Source of the DNA: Antedon mediterranea
Taxonomy: Eukaryota; Animalia; Echinodermata
Direction: 5' to 3'
DNA: 64,000 nucleotides
Assembly (NCBI RefSeq): GCF_964355755.1
Contig: NC_092672.1
Coordinates: 8,370,001-8,434,000 of the forward strand
In this document: one piece after another, positions 1 to 14,746 of the stretch
Layout of the letters: the number at the start of each line of letters is the position of its first letter
How positions within the stretch are numbered: position 1 is the stretch's first letter
The notes under the pieces: generated by a model
Told to the model about the DNA's origin: nothing
The model's database searches: none
Seen by the model: only the letters and a program-made list of their open reading frames with translations
Translations under genes and position numbers: made by a program

Positions 1-1156
1 ACTATAGTAATAGTATCCAAAAAAGTAAAATAATATTGTACATTTGTTTATTTAATTAACAAAATATAAGCTTTGATTGCTCCTGGTCTATTTAATCAAA
101 TAGCTAGGCCTAAAAACCTACCACTCCTGATAAGTGTTTATATTTGATGTATAATATAAATATAATAATATTACACCATTTTTTAATACCGATTGCAGCC
201 AATTTATTCCGACAAATCTTGCTGGTAAAACCTGCTTCGAGAGAACAAAGTATAATTTTATTTTATGCACTTAGTACAGTAGTATAATCCCATGACCGGT
301 AAATGTATTCTACCATACAGAGTTGCTATTAATTAATGCGATTGTGACCGAGCCGTAAGATTCACTTGATATGCCAATACGGTAAGGAGCGGAAAATTAG
401 CGATTAAACCTCAAGGGATAGACGTATTGTAAGCTTTCAAAATTAGCTCTTGGAATCGTGGTCGCCATAGCATGGTGATTGAAATTAGACACATTCTCGA
501 ACTTGTAAATTAATGTTAAAGTTAGAGTGAAAGCTGAATAATAAATGAGGAATTTCATGATAATTATACTATCACTCTGCCTAATGTAACCGAGCCATTA
601 ACATAATGTTTTAGTTTTCATACTATATGAATAATGAATCCTTGTCGATAGAATTTAAAGTTCTTATTGATGTTCTTGTTTGCAGCCATAATGATCATTT
701 CCTGACGATAACGCAGATTTAAAGTTTTAATGCTACAGGGCTTGTGTTAAGAAATAAAATTGACAATAAGTCTCATTTGTACAATAGAGGGATTTCTGTT
801 AAACGACTTTAATCATTATTGGGTAAAGTTTCTTGTCTCATGCAAGTTGCCAAAGAAAAAGATAACATTATATTAGCAGACTGTAAAGAAGTTCCAATGA
901 GTGTATTTTATTACCACTCTCCTAGCTTAATAATATTTATCATGTGACCCACAATCGTCAAACAATCAATGTTTCTAAGTGCTTTACAAACAAAAGTGAT
1001 AAAATATCCTAAAATAACCAAAAAATGAAAAAAAGCAAAGGAACCATTTACACAGCTCTGTTCTCCAGCACTTTGAAGCTCATGTATGAGAGAAACACCG
1101 AAACAGAAGTGAAAAAGGCATCTCTCTATCCTATCCTACCAAAATATACCACAGCA

Positions 1157-1228
1157 CTACTACTACTACTGTACTACTACTACTGTACTACTACTACTGT
1201 ACTACTACTACTGTACTACTACTACTGT
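1157..1228. repeat. (ACT)n microsatellite interrupted by CTGTA
   Basis: tactactactgtactactac... repeats are directly visible and explain the poly-L/Y/T ORF 1025-1240. Confidence 0.9.
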
Positions 1229-4200
1229 AGGATAATTTAGAATGCTTTATAGTACACTGTGTACCAAACCATACCATTTTGATACTGAAATCAAAAAGTA
1301 GTATTTAAACAAAAGAATGTTTTTTAACATGGGATATTCCTATTTCACAAAGATACAATTAGCATATTTTACGAATAAATTAACTTGACTGTGAATTTGT
1401 AGATGTTGTAAACAAGTCAAGGATAGGAAGATTACAGTTAATTGCGATGATGCATTAGTGATGTACACTGTATAGAATTTATCTAATCTCTGCCACTGTT
1501 TGATGCTACCTTTCAAATTATGGTAAAACCAGAGTTAATATTATGATTATCGAATGCAGTATAATTTAAATTAACAGAAAGAAAAATGAAATGAATTAAT
1601 TAAGTCATATTGCTGATTTCAACTAACAATATTCTACATTACAGTACATTTGTATTCATAATGTACATATTTTTTCAAATATGGAATATTCTATTTTGCA
1701 TTATAATTTATTCAACCTTTTTAATGTTAATTGGTTAATGACTTTAATAAAATAATCAATTTTGAAACGGAAATTGACAAGATTTTCCTTCGATAATGAA
1801 GGTAGATGGTTTCTGTCACAATCAAACAGTGTAAATGGAATGTTTATAATTAGGAGGAGTGTTACTGTATTTTCTTCAGGGATGTTACACATCCTGTGTG
1901 CTGACTTCTTCATAAGTCAATCATGTTGAAATAATGAGATCTAGCGGTAAGTCTAGAGGAATCCAAACAAACATAGTCACCTTAGCAAATACAGTATTCC
2001 TACCTTGTGCATACTAATTGTACACATTGCTAATAAATAGCCGCAAAGGTGAATCACAAACATGATTGACTGAACATTTGGATCATTGACTCTCTCTTGA
2101 ACTATTATTTACATTTTGTTGGTGGTGAAAGTCATGTACAGAGTTAAATGTGTATTTATGTTGGGTACATGTGAGAGCAATCACTGCATTGTGGTCCTCG
2201 TTGATGTGATAGAGATGTTTCTCCGAAGGAGGGATGAAACAAATTACTACCTGCTCCGATCCTCTCTAAATATGCCGGAGGATGCCCCACGGATGTACCC
2301 ATACCATAGGTCTACTAAAGTTTGTGCTTTCCTATTGAATGGACACAAGATTCTTATAATTGATGTACAGCATGGATACTATCTTTTTATGTTTACAATT
2401 AAAACCATGAAAGTATACAATTTAAAAAAACTCTAATTTCATACCTCCATGATTTAAACCATATGGTACGAAATAATACAAAATTGTGAATAGACCTACA
2501 GTACAGTACTGTACTGTACAATTTAAATAGATTTGGAGATATAGTATTGTATGTAGAATATAAGAAGAACTGGGCCTAGTGTGAACTCTGCCTATTGTTA
2601 AACTAGGTATATTGCGAATTACACATACTGTATTGTGACAGTGACACCAATAACAATGTCCTTTTGGGCATTGCCCTATTTTTTTTCTTAGATGTTAGTC
2701 ACTTTACATTCACTAGTCGCATACCTTTTATAAATAGTTTGTTGTTGTTTTCTGATTCCCATGTTCCATCTTCATAATAAGAAAAAATAAATTGTTGTAA
2801 AATGAAACATGACATGCTCACTATGCAAAAGATAAAAGCCCAGAGGGTGACATTTAAAACATCAAACTTTACCTAACCTCGAATTGACATTCTTTTAAGA
2901 TCACTTGCAACAATTTGTAGGAAGAAATCTTGATATTATATTGTTTAATATTAAAATCGGAGAAACCAGATGATATCACAAGGTTTATAAATGAATAAAT
3001 AGAAAATGAATATTATAATAGGTTGTCACAGCAATACTTGTATGTTTTGTACATTATTATTCCTTATGTGACAACTACAGTATAACAATTCAATACAACA
3101 TTGCAAAATAACATTTAGGTTCTGTAGGTGGTAGAAACACACTAAATTAATATATGTATCTGATATTGTATTTATTGGGTGAAGGTAATATTTTATACAT
3201 GGTAATTGTAAGCAATATGAAAAGCATAATATTTAAATAAAGCTTTTATAAATAAATTTGCTTTTATATAAAACAAAGTTTGTAAAAATACTGGTATAGA
3301 TTATAAATCAACAAAAAAAGGAACCCAATTTGTGGTTAAATTACTTTTAATAAATTAAGATAGTTTAGAATAGATTGTATACTATAAAAGCACAAGAAGA
3401 CTACAATAACATTATGAGAATAATAAATATATTATATAATTAATAAATGTATTTAATAATATTAAAATTAACTAGGATAGGAGTTTAAATCACTTTCTTT
3501 TAAGTAATGGATATTCATTTTCTCCCTAGGATATCCATCCACAAAATAATAAATAACTGTAAATCATCCCTAGGAAAGTGTGTCATAATAGCACCTATGA
3601 ACTTGAACCCCTGGAGGCTTTCTACCAGTTAGCAACAGGATATATTTAATTAGGCTCCTGTGTTTACAGTTGAAGTTACTAATTGATTGGACATGCCTTG
3701 GGATGTTGGTTACCACCACACTTGGTGATATGTACTTTAATGTAGAACAAAACATATTGCAAAGAGCTAATAATACTTAATGGTGTGGATGGCTCAATAT
3801 TCACCCTATATACACTGCAGTATAACAAACTAACATTTTCTATTAGATTTTTCATAATAATTAATATATCCTACAACAAATATAGCTAATTAATGTTTGC
3901 TGGTTGTAAATTATAGTTATGGGGTCAATTATATTTTAATAGTTCAACTTTTTGTAAATAGAATTGATTAAATTAAACTGCCATCATTTGCTTGCTTGGG
4001 AGTTCTTTTGCTCATTTTGCTAGTTAGACCTTTACAAACTACTTTAAGTTACCAAAGGGTTGATAGTAGATTTTAAAAAGATTATAGCCCAGTAGCTCTT
4101 TACGGCAGAGAAGAATTATGTATTATTTCATCTACAATAAAAGCCCATTAAGGACCAACCAAATTCTCCCCTTATGGGATATATCCCCTGAATAATATTA

Positions 4201-4979
4201 TTATAATGTATTGTTTGTATTCCTCTTAAATAGGGATCCCTTTAATAGGGGTGTCCCAAAGGAGGAGTTAAATATTGTATGGGATAGAATCATTAAAGAA
4301 GACAAAAAAAGACCAAAAAAATGGTGACTAAGCACAGTGAAATTTAGGCCTTACATGCACAGTAATTTATAAATACTTATCAAATTACATGTGGTTATTA
4401 ATCAAACAATATTTATAGAAATTGAAATAGTAATTTTAAGAGCCAACAATTATGATTTATTGTAGGATTTGGGAAGGAAACAGTTCAGGTGTTCAAAACG
4501 AACGTGATATCTTGAACTACTGTAGACTATAGTGTACAGTATCCTACAGTATGTTATAGGTGAAGGAATCAGAAAAACTGTATTCAACCAATCACAGCAC
4601 TGATAGTCCATTAGACAATTAAACCAATCATTTCATCTCATTAGAATAGTCTAACATATAACAAGGCTCATGAACTTGTTCTGGACACTAATGTACATAA
4701 GATCAGAGATTCAATAGATTTATTTGGTTTTTAGTGTGGAGATCAGTAACTTTAAATCTGCAAAAAAATAGGACTTAAGAACGCAGTCAAGTTTTATTTT
4801 AAAAGCTTCTTGTAATTTCAGGTCAGTTGGAATATGTTATACATATTTATGATATATTTAATTGAATTTATGATATTTATTTAATTAGTCACTGCATTTT
4901 ATTTTATCATATATTAACTTTTTGACCTTAATGGAAAGTAATTTTACGTTTTTCAATTGAAATACCCTATAACTCTATT

Positions 4980-5112
4980 CAGTGGCGTAAGTCAGTGGGC
5001 AAAGGCTGTTGGTTTAGCATTCATAGGGGCCCTGCAACGCTGGGTAGTTGCATTGCACTGCTCATGCTCTGACACCCTGGGCTTAGCCAGTAAGCACTTA
5101 GTTATGCCACTG
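4980..5112. mobile_element. hAT-like MITE
   Basis: TIRs CAGTGGCGTAA...TTATGCCACTG; flanks ACTCTATT/ACTGTATT form an 8-bp TSD with one mismatch. Confidence 0.7.
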
Positions 5113-5627
5113 ACTGTATTGCATCTACCTGTATACACCTCAATACTGTAATCATACCAAAACACTAACAGTTTGTTAAATGTATGCTCAAACTCTACCT
5201 TTAAATTTTAAATGTTACAATACACTTGTTTACACCTGAGTGTTTTATGTGCCATTTATTGTCACTGATGTATATACAATGGTCACACTCCATAAAATTT
5301 CTTTCTCATTTCTAACAGCCTGTCTGAACATGACCAGGTACTATAGTAATATTTTATGGCTGCTAAGTATCACCTTATTATTTAACATTCAAGAACAAAA
5401 ATAAATATTTCCTCATTTAACCTACAATCCAGTGCCTTCTGATGTTTACCTCGTTGCAATTGAACTTTTGAAAATCTGCTGAAAGTTATGCATTATAGGC
5501 TTGGTTTCTTCCCTCAAATTGAAAAAAAATTTTGAACATAAAATATACTGATTGAATATAGTTTCTACAACTCAATTGCACAAAGGAGGTACAGTAAATA
5601 AAAACAAATTTTAGTTTAAATTAAATA

Positions 5628-5815
5628 GATAACCTTCTTTAAATAAAGACACTCTATTTTAGGGGTCACCCCTATATAAGAGGCACATTCCCGTCAAATG
5701 AGTGATGGGAAAAATATATTTTAACACTAGTGACTCAACCCCTATTCAGGGGACACCCTTTAAAGGGGACACTTGTTGGATACTGAAGGTGTACCCTTAA
5801 TAGGAGGTTCTACTG
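5628..5815. mobile_element. Degenerate Tc1/mariner-like MITE (GGGGACAC subterminal motifs)
   Basis: Ends in GGAGGTTCTACTG (reverse complement CAGTAGAACCTCC) with repeated GGGGACAC motifs; related decayed pieces near 4140-4280 and 47920-47970. Confidence 0.45.
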
Positions 5816-7027
5816 CATTTTTAAAAGAAATAAAAAGTAAAAAAGGCATATACTGTAGCTCCAAAATTTGAAACTACCAATTTTTATTTATTGTTTAATA
5901 TTATCTCCAATATGGTATGGCTGATACTGATCTCCTTTAATCTTGTGTCCAGTTTATCATCAGCAATAACATGTACACTTGGGATTCACATAGGATGTTA
6001 ACGTTCTCTCATAAATTGAGGAAGAGAACATAAAAATTTGAATTTCTTTGTTTCAGCTTGTATTACCTCGTTACAAGAGACACTGTATTGCTATGCAGTA
6101 GGTCAGTAGTCTCTCTGCTCATTATAAATTCATAAATACATTTTCAATAATACACTATATATTTCTTTGTATTGCAATGATGCGTGTTTTTCAATTATTG
6201 TAGTACTTCATCAAACATGGCCAACATAAAATAACATTTTATTTAAAACTCAAGAGGCCCCTCTGTAAATGAGTATTTCCAATAAATCACACCAAAAGTA
6301 ATTTTATTTTAATACTGTCAGACAGAATTTCTTTGTTTAAAAAAGCCTTTTTAATTGGTAATTGTATATAATCTTACAGCAAAAAAAACCAATTTATTTT
6401 GGCATCCACATCTCTTTGTTTCATTCCTACATCCTCTTTGGGCACCTGGTCTTACAAGTTAGATAATTACCGATAATTATTATAATAGAAAAGAATGAAT
6501 GTATGGTGATTAGAAATTAATTTATTATTTATGAAAAAAACACCAAGTGATTTATTCTAAATCCGGGCACATGCTTTTAGCTAAGTACAAGTTAATTAGT
6601 AACCCAGATCTGACAAAAGTAACTTAAAAACAGGCTTTAGTGCATTGTTGATGTATTTAAAACAGATTGTATACTTCCAATGATGCCAAAATGACACATC
6701 TTGTTCTTTTATCATTGACATAATTTCTGCATGGTGATAGCCTTTCCAAACTGAACCCATCTTCTGCCCTATGAAGCTATACCAGTGATTGCTGCAATCT
6801 CTTTAGTCTTTATTGTTCTTAATATATATTTAGGCAAATTTGCCATGGATAACAACCCATCTTCTGCCCTATGAAGCTATTATCCAGGCTATGTTAGCGA
6901 ATGTCGCAATCTCATCTTTTGTCTTTATCGTTCTGGCAAGGTGTCTTTCCCATCTCTATTTCTTTGTTTGTTTTTTTTTATATATTTAGGCAAATTGCCA
7001 AGGATATCCATTAAATTGCCAATCCCG

Positions 7028-7175
7028 TTCTCAAGACAAAACATATACACAAGATGCTCTACATAAACAAAGTCTCATTAGATTGTCTTTGGTAGTGGAG
7101 TTGTAATTTGTCATTAGAAAATATCCATATGACACATGACACATGACACAACTCCACTCAACTTTTCTTGATTTT
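7028..7175 (-). mobile_element. tRNA-SINE family A, partial copy
   Basis: Reverse complement of the body of the 9655-9883 SINE (ACATATACACAAGATGCTCTACATAAACAAAG). Confidence 0.7.
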
Positions 7176-9451
7176 TATATTAATTATTATATAAATATTT
7201 ACCTCTAGTTTGGAATTATATGAATACTACTCATCACCTTATGTTATTGTCTGGGTAAATTGACCAATCCCCTTCTCTTTGAGGTAAGAAACGCAATGAC
7301 AAGAATTTAAAATATACTAGCTCCTACTAATGCATCCGGATACATTTTTTTTTCTCCATAAGCAGGACACATAAACAATCAACGGCACTATTGATTTGTG
7401 AATTTTAACCATCATACTAAAACTTAATCCTAACTATTAAAATACAATCCAGTTTATTTCCAGTTACACATTGATTATATATTTTTTCCGGAAATTTTAA
7501 ATTAAAATGAAGACATAGTACTTTTCTTAACCTTTATTCCACAACTTCACCTGCCCATATTTTTTTGTAACAAATTGCTTTCCTGTGTTTCTCTTTGTCT
7601 GGAAGGTAATGAAATTGAAACATCATTTTTATCAGCAACAAATATCATAAATCAGACGTAAATGGACATTACAAAGTTCATCCATTCAAGGGTCAATCAG
7701 GATTCATCAGATTACAAATGACACTGCAGACCGACTCTTTCTTCCTATTTCCCTCCTGCTGGCTGAAAACCACATAGGGTTGGTTTAATGATGGAGATAT
7801 TATTATGCAATTAGATTATGCTCCATGGTACAACATTTACGCATGTGTTAATTTAACAAAATAATGCATTGCACCAAAGTGTACTGTAGGCCTAATTATT
7901 GAAGTCATTTTCACCCAGTTTTGTTGAAACAAATACCTTTTTAAATCCTTGGTGGTACCATGCTAATTAAACAATCTAAATTACTTAATTTTGGGATAGT
8001 TGTTACTGTAGTTGGGGATTGCACATGCCCATTGTCCTGTCCTGTGTCCCGTTTGTCTTTGTCCCTTCGTTTTGTGTCCCAGGAAGATCCTGTATCTTTC
8101 TGGGATCCTGCCTTCTTTCTTTTCTCCCCAGATGATGTATTTTATTTTGAATTGAATTGTGTGTGACTCTGACTCCCCCTCCACCACTTCCCCCTCCATC
8201 ACACTCCTGTCTTGTCCAGTTAGAGGTTGAAATAGGTGATGGTCAAGAGTATTACTTTACCAGCTTTACTAAAACAGTATACAGTCATTTCAATGGAATT
8301 TATTAATTGTCATTAAATAATTGTATGTGTTTTGTATCTTATTCAGGTATTATCATAATTTAGGGATTAACTTAAAATTGCTCTGCCATCAGAAAACTAG
8401 AATTGAAATATGATATTAATATATTATATTGATAATATTATTGAAAATAAACTTGAAAAGATCATATCTTCAATAGAAAGTACTATATACTACTACAGTA
8501 CATCCATACTACAGCAGGAGCCATCACAATCATGCAAATAATTATGGTGCATTTATCTTACAATATTTGTAAAATAATCAGTAAAACTTTTATTTCTATA
8601 AATTTTAAATTGAAAGGATTTTGATAAATATTTTTGTTGTAAAGATGTATTGCTTTAATGTCATCTATCTATAGTGAAATATAAAGTTACAACATAAAGT
8701 ATTAGTAATATCTAATACATTAGAAATACTATATTTGATGGGTGGATGTGAATGTCACAAAATAGTTTTAAGTTACAGAACATTGACTTTAAAGCATTGC
8801 CAGTATAAATGTATGACATACATCATCAAAATCATAAACAATTCTTCGACATAAAATTATTAACATTTGAAATTTTATTTAAATACAGTAATAAAATGCA
8901 TTAAAAAAAAGCAAAAACAAAAAAGGCAAATAAAACAACTTTTTCTTCATTTACTACTGTATTATTTTATAGTAAGAGGATAAATGTTGTTAAATAATTT
9001 GATATGATCCCAAAAAACTATTAGTAGAGCTGTAGCTTGGTGGTTTATTGTGCTTGCCTACCAATCTCCAAGGGCCGGGTTCAATCCTAACGTAGTGCCA
9101 GGGTGGTAACTCACCACTGCCACTCTCTAAGCATCAAATGAGATTAATTATAAATTAAATATTTGAATTGATGTTTCATTACAGTTCGTCCATTAATCAA
9201 AATTTATACATATTATTTATGTTTCAGTTTAAATAAATATTTACATATTATTGTACAGCAGGCATAATTATTCAAATATATTTTATTGATCGAGTTTGAA
9301 TTTTTGTTTGAAAACCAAGAAGTATTGCCCTTTTAAATTGAGCTTAGGAAATTAGTCTACAAACCACACAGTCTGCTACTTTTAATTTCCAAGCATTTAC
9401 AACATCTTAAAAGCATTTTACGCTAATGATGTGATATTTTTTGTTTTGCAG

Positions 9452-9556
9452 ATATTACCAAACAAGGTCATGGCAGATGATATACTCTCACTGACAGTAA
9501 AGTGCTCATTTTACAAGGAGGGTTGCAAGTGGCATGATAAACTCAGATCATTACAG
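9452..9556 (+). CDS. TRAF4: TRAF4 internal coding exon (zinc-finger region)
   Basis: ttttgcag|ATA...CAG|gtagtt, 105 bp, phase 0; ILPNKVMADDILSLTVKCSFYKEGCKWHDKLRSLQ resembles TRAF4 IYPD...IRCIHSEEGCRWSGPLRHLQ. Not in the ORF track. Confidence 0.9.
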
Positions 9557-9654
9557 GTAGTTTATATAGTAGACTAGTCAACTAAAAGACAGTGTTTAGT
9601 ATTGTATCATCTATAGAGAGTTAAGTGGCTGAGTGATACGGTAGGGGCACACAG

Positions 9655-9883
9655 TGGAGTTGTGGCTTGGTGGTTATGATGCTTGGCTACCACTCCAAGG
9701 GTTCAAGTCCCGTCAGGATTTTTTCTAAGGACACAACATTTTTACAATTCCCCTTCCAAACATAACTTTGTTTATGTAGAGCATCTTGTGTATATGTTTG
9801 TCTTGTGAACATCTGAGGGTCCCTAATGATCAGCAATTGCTAGATGGATCACCCTCATTAAATATGGTCAACAACAAAAAAAA
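9655..9883 (+). mobile_element. tRNA-SINE family A, near full length, inserted into an older SINE head
   Basis: A box TGGCTTGGTGG, B box GGTTCAAGTCC, 3' hairpin TGAGGGT...ACCCTCA and A-rich tail; ACAG on both sides. The host SINE continues at 9884-10040. Confidence 0.75.
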
Positions 9884-10876
9884 TACAGCCATAAAATGGG
9901 AACAGGTTCAAGACTCTACATGACCATAGTTCTGGTATTTTTGGATAAGGACTTAAAACTGGAGGTCCATTATACAGATCTGCCTTGTGTAAACTTTATA
10001 AAAACCAGTGCATCTTTTGGAAGAGAACTGAAAGGTTTCCTATATTGAAAATAAACAAAGTTGCGGCTCCTCAAATTTTACAAAAATGAATACAATAAAG
10101 CATTTAATTAACAAATATATGGATCTGTACAGAATGTATTATGTTACTTATTGTTTGCTGTGATTATTTCTTCATTACTACATACTGTACACTATATGTA
10201 ATATACAGACACGTTCCTGTTACTAATTATGTCCAACTAAACCAGCATAATATACCATCTATCAAAATTGATTAACTGTAAAACGATGTGAGATTTGCGA
10301 GATACAAAATGCGTAACTTGCGACAAAACGCATGTAAAATGATTTGATTTGGCAGGTCGTTCGGGAATGTAGTTGATTTGCTAATGCATCATGAGCATTG
10401 CGTGTTTATTAATGTGTTGGTACTCAGTTAAAAGTGTCTACTGTACATCTGATGTATTACTAGCTAATGGGAAAATGTAATTTATTATCGCAAGGAATTG
10501 ATAAGGCATTTAAAAGACAAGATTATACAAATTTCATAGGCTAAGTTAATACATCATTATCTCTAGTTTATATTCTGATATTAGCAAGCCCATAGCAATG
10601 CATGATGGCTACAGTTTTTGATCAATGTAGCCAGAGAAGTAGAAGTAGTAGGGCTTGATGTCAAAATGTTAAGGGTTACGTGGTGGGTGAAAAAACCCCA
10701 GTTCTTTCAGGAGGTACCCAGTGTTTTGAGGTAGATACTGTGTTATAACATGGAGGAATTAGTTTAGAGTTTCTTCCATGGTTATAAGTAGGCTTGCAAT
10801 GGAAGATTTTGGCTGGGTGGAAGACTTCCCAGCACAATTAAGCTCTGTAAACTAGAAAATTTTTATTTAAAAAACA

Positions 10877-11040
10877 AGCTCTGTCTACAGTACACTATCA
10901 AACTATTTTTACAAAAAAAGTGTGATGTGCCTAAATATGGTAGTGATAAGCCCAAATATAGCGGTGATATGACATCATCATGTCCATATATGGGCACATC
11001 ACATTTTTTTCACATAATGTTTGATAGTGTAGAGAGAGCT
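10877..11040. mobile_element. Harbinger/Tourist-like MITE family 1
   Basis: TIR AGCTCTGTCTACACTATCAAAC...GTTTGATAGTGTAGACAGAGCT with internal ATATGGTAGTGAT repeats; about 11 copies in the window. Confidence 0.85.
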
Positions 11041-11144
11041 TTACATTCATGTTTGATGATTTTTGATATATAAATTAATATAGTGCATTATTGTAGAGCT
11101 GAGCCTTCTTTCAAGCTTAACTTTTAATTAATTAATTTTTCTAG

Positions 11145-11306
11145 ACTCATCTTGAAACATGTGAATACAACTTAATCCCGTGTACTCACAATTGTGGTGC
11201 TATGGTTGCCAGAATGTTAATGAACGAACACTTCCGTTATGATTGTCCCAAGCAACGCTCTAAGTGCGAGTTTTGTGGTGGAGATTTCCCAGGAGATAGG
11301 TTACAG
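11145..11306 (+). CDS. TRAF4: TRAF4 internal coding exon (TRAF-type zinc fingers)
   Basis: ttctag|ACT...CAG|gtaaag, 162 bp, phase 0; THLETCEYNLIPCTHNCGAMVARMLMNEHFRYDCPKQRSKCEFCGGDFPGDRLQ. Confidence 0.93.
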
Positions 11307-11600
11307 GTAAAGTATGGTTTTTATTTTTAAGGAATTCATAGTAAAAAGTAAAAAGTTAAAAAAAAAAAAAATGGAGATGTACTGTACAGTAATCGATCGG
11401 ATCAGTGCTAACATTCTGAGCAATAAGACTACGATCTGTAGGTTGTAGATTCAATCCCTACCAGACAACTTGAATATATTAAATTGAGTATTTGGTACTA
11501 AACATTTATTCTTTTATTCTGCGAAAAAAAAAAAAATAAATAAATTTGTTTATTCAGGTATAAATCCAAAGGCAAATTACTTGGAAAAATTACAATGCTT

Positions 11601-11702
11601 TATATATAAACACATAAGGCACAGAACATTAATTCTAAACCGCCTGGTGATATACTGAAATTTAATTAAATTAAATTAAAACGATAAAGAAGGGGAAATC
11701 TG
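11601..11702 (-). mobile_element. 5'-truncated copy (3' end only) of the tRNA-containing pseudo-LTR element
   Basis: Reverse complement of the 85-bp repeat at 45905/46261; flanked by TATATA-like sequence. Confidence 0.75.
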
Positions 11703-13309
11703 TATATATTCAGGTATAAATAAATATAAACAATAAAGGTGAAGTTTCAGTGGTATGTCAGTATTAAATTAAAAAGTTTGTTGTAAAAGGTCAATGCAAA
11801 CTAATAGAAATAACAACAACTTGTTTACACTTGGTGTTGAACCCATAGTACAGTGCAGTATTGTCAATAGCAGTATAATTACTTCTAACAATTAAACATA
11901 AACAATTACAATTTTCAAAATATAACGGTTTTCTCAAAAGCTCTCATTTAAAAAACACAATAGAAGTAAAAAGAAATGTCAATATACCTCGATCCTATCA
12001 TCTGTAAAAAAACCAATCAACATACCTCAGAGCATTATTTTAATGCCGAGTTATTGAACCTGATTTAGAACAATAAGTAATCATTGAAAGGGAAAGATTA
12101 AGGCTAATAACCTATTGATTTAAACCAATAGCTGCATAGAAACATGGAGCTCCATGATAGAAACAATAGTTATTGTAATTACACAATGGTTTGATTTTAG
12201 TCGGTAGACTGAAAGTAAATGACAATCAATTGTATTGTTTGTAGTAGTGTCATCATCATCATCATCTGTGTTGGGGAGTCAATATCAGTTGTTTCTTTGT
12301 TGCTTATGCCTCATTCTGTAGTAAGCCTGCTTTGTAGATAGATGCATTCGATTACAGTATACTGATATTGGATATTCCAATTAGAATTAAGTGTTAATTC
12401 TAATTCTGTATAGATCCTATTCATTGGAATTATAGTACGGTATACATCCTAAAATAATGGTTTGTAAGATTTTTAACTGCTTAGATTATGTTGCCTGTTT
12501 TTGTAGTTTAAACCATTTACTTACAAAATACTTTGATTAAGCATTTGATTGTGATAGGCTGATAGTGATACTGGATTTCATTAGACTCAAGTGTTTGGAT
12601 TCAAGTATTTTTATCTTAATTTTTTTTTTCAAATGGAAACAAAAGTTTATCAATCATTCTGTATGTCCATCACTGGGTCACCATGGATTAGACAATATTA
12701 TTAATGTAGGATATTAAGTGAAAACAAGTGTTTTTATTGTAGATTTACCTTTATAATAGGGTGTATATTTTGCCAGACCTTTTCTAGAATTGTTAGACAT
12801 TACATACAGTATGTACACTACGCTTATTAATTAAGAATGATGTTTTGTATTCATCTTGGTTTACATACTATACACCTAGTAGTCAGTTTCTTTGTTGTTG
12901 AAATTATTCTGTCGAAGACCTGGTTAGACAGACTGGTAATTAGAATTCGCATACTCACAGCCAGCGACATATTTAAATTAGAAATGGTAATGAAGATTTT
13001 CATCAGTATTGGTTTATAAATTTGTTTAAAATGTGATTTAAAATGCAACACAAAGTAATTTAATGTCTTCATTGTAGGCATACTGTGCACTTTTTTTTAA
13101 CATAATGTGATATCTTTGAAGTGGCGATTGAAATTTTGCAACTTTAGTGAATATTGGCCAGAGTCCCCATTTGTTGTTGATTTCATTTTCAATCATTTTT
13201 GTACAATTGTTTCAGAATACAGGACGAATTGACCATCATTCACAACAAAATTCCAATTGCGAGGCCTACTGTATATTTTTTTGGATGTATTTTTAAATAA
13301 TAATATCCT

Positions 13310-13470
13310 GGATTTATAAAGCTCCTAAAGTTGTGAAACCTCTTAGCGCTGTACACATTATTACTACTGTCATTTTTTTATCAAACAAGTATAGGAACAT
13401 AACACGCAAATTTGTGTTTTGACCATACCAGGTATCCATTCCATTTGTACATGGGTGGAGAGAGGCAAAT
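13310..13470 (-). mobile_element. SINE 3' fragment with an L2-type tail
   Basis: Minus strand reads TTGCCTCTCTCCACCCATGTACAAATGG...TACCTGG and ends ...AGCGCT...TTTATAAA, typical of metazoan SINE cores and tails. Confidence 0.45.
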
Positions 13471-14425
13471 TTTTTTGGATAGAATTTATCACTAGTAGTA
13501 GTACAGTATATAATGTAGAAATTGAGAATACAGTGTTTGTTAATGTCAATCGGTCTTTTCTTTTTCTTCTACGGTATACAGTAGGTATATTTTTACCTAT
13601 TCTGAAAGTTACATGTTGAACAATTCAAGTTAAATGCAAACTGAAACCAATATTTTTTGGATGTATTTTCTTTGATAGAATTTCTTCAGTAGTATATGTT
13701 TAGACGTTGGAAATAGTGTGTTCATTATTGCCAATCACTCTTTTATCGTTCTGCTATCTGTTTATTATGACCTGTTCTGTAAAAGCTATGATGATTTATT
13801 CTTCAAAATTATAGCTTTTGATAATTTCTTATATGGTTGTATATTGTATTATCATATTATAGAGAGTATCTTTTAAGTAACGAATCCTGCTCTTGTGTAG
13901 GCAATCAATCATAATTACATAGCATGATATTGCTATTGGAATCAAGTGCTTGTTTATCACAATGTTTTCTGTTGTAGTCAAGAATAATAATAGCTACAGT
14001 ATTATTGTAAAATGCTCCGAGGTGCATTTTAAATTCTGTAGAAAAACATATATGGTTGACATTTGGATTAAAAAAAATGTAATATGTAGATTTACTCTTT
14101 AGACACACAGTATATAATTGACATACTGGAGGATGGTTATGTCTGTAATTAAAATATGTAGCATACGGTACCATTCAGTTTTCGGAAGACATTCCTATTT
14201 AATTTATTTAATGTTTTAAAACTATAGCTAACCACAAATCAGCTGAACATTCCTGTAAAGGGGACGCTTTGTCTATCTATACACAATAGTACTTGTTATA
14301 TGATCAATTTCAATTTTATTTAGTGATGTTTTGTATCTACAACTGTAGCGTATACAGTATCTGAGAAACAATCCATATTCAAAATGCAACACTAACTAAA
14401 ACAAACACATGTTTTTTTTTTCTAG

Positions 14426-14746
14426 GCTCATTCAGGAAACTGCCAATATGAGTTAATGTTTTGCGAGAACAAATGTGGTGGAGAGTTACAGCGAAGGTTT
14501 CTCAACAAACACATGTTGAATGAATGTCCAAAACGCACCGTGCCATGTAAATATTGCCTCAAAGACTTTGTATGCGACACGCTGCAGAATCATTTGCATC
14601 AGTGCCCGCGCTATTTGGTGTCATGTCCAAACAGATGCGAACAAAAAAAGATTGCACGCGAAGATATGGAAAGACATGTTCGAGAAACGTGTTCAACGTC
14701 TGTTGCTACGACGTGCCCATTCAGAGAACATGGTTGTAAATTTCGG
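14426..14746 (+). CDS. TRAF4: TRAF4 internal coding exon (TRAF-type zinc fingers)
   Basis: ttctag|GCT...CGG|gtaggt, 321 bp, phase 0; AHSGNCQYELMFCENKCGG...CPFREHGCKFR. Confidence 0.95.

Noticed and set aside
1-9451. Upstream TRAF4 RING exons, or a gene in ORFs 2116-2436 and 7960-8202
   Set aside because: No recognisable C3HC4 or CPED-like exon and no family motifs; treated as TRAF4 intron, although a very short exon could have been missed.
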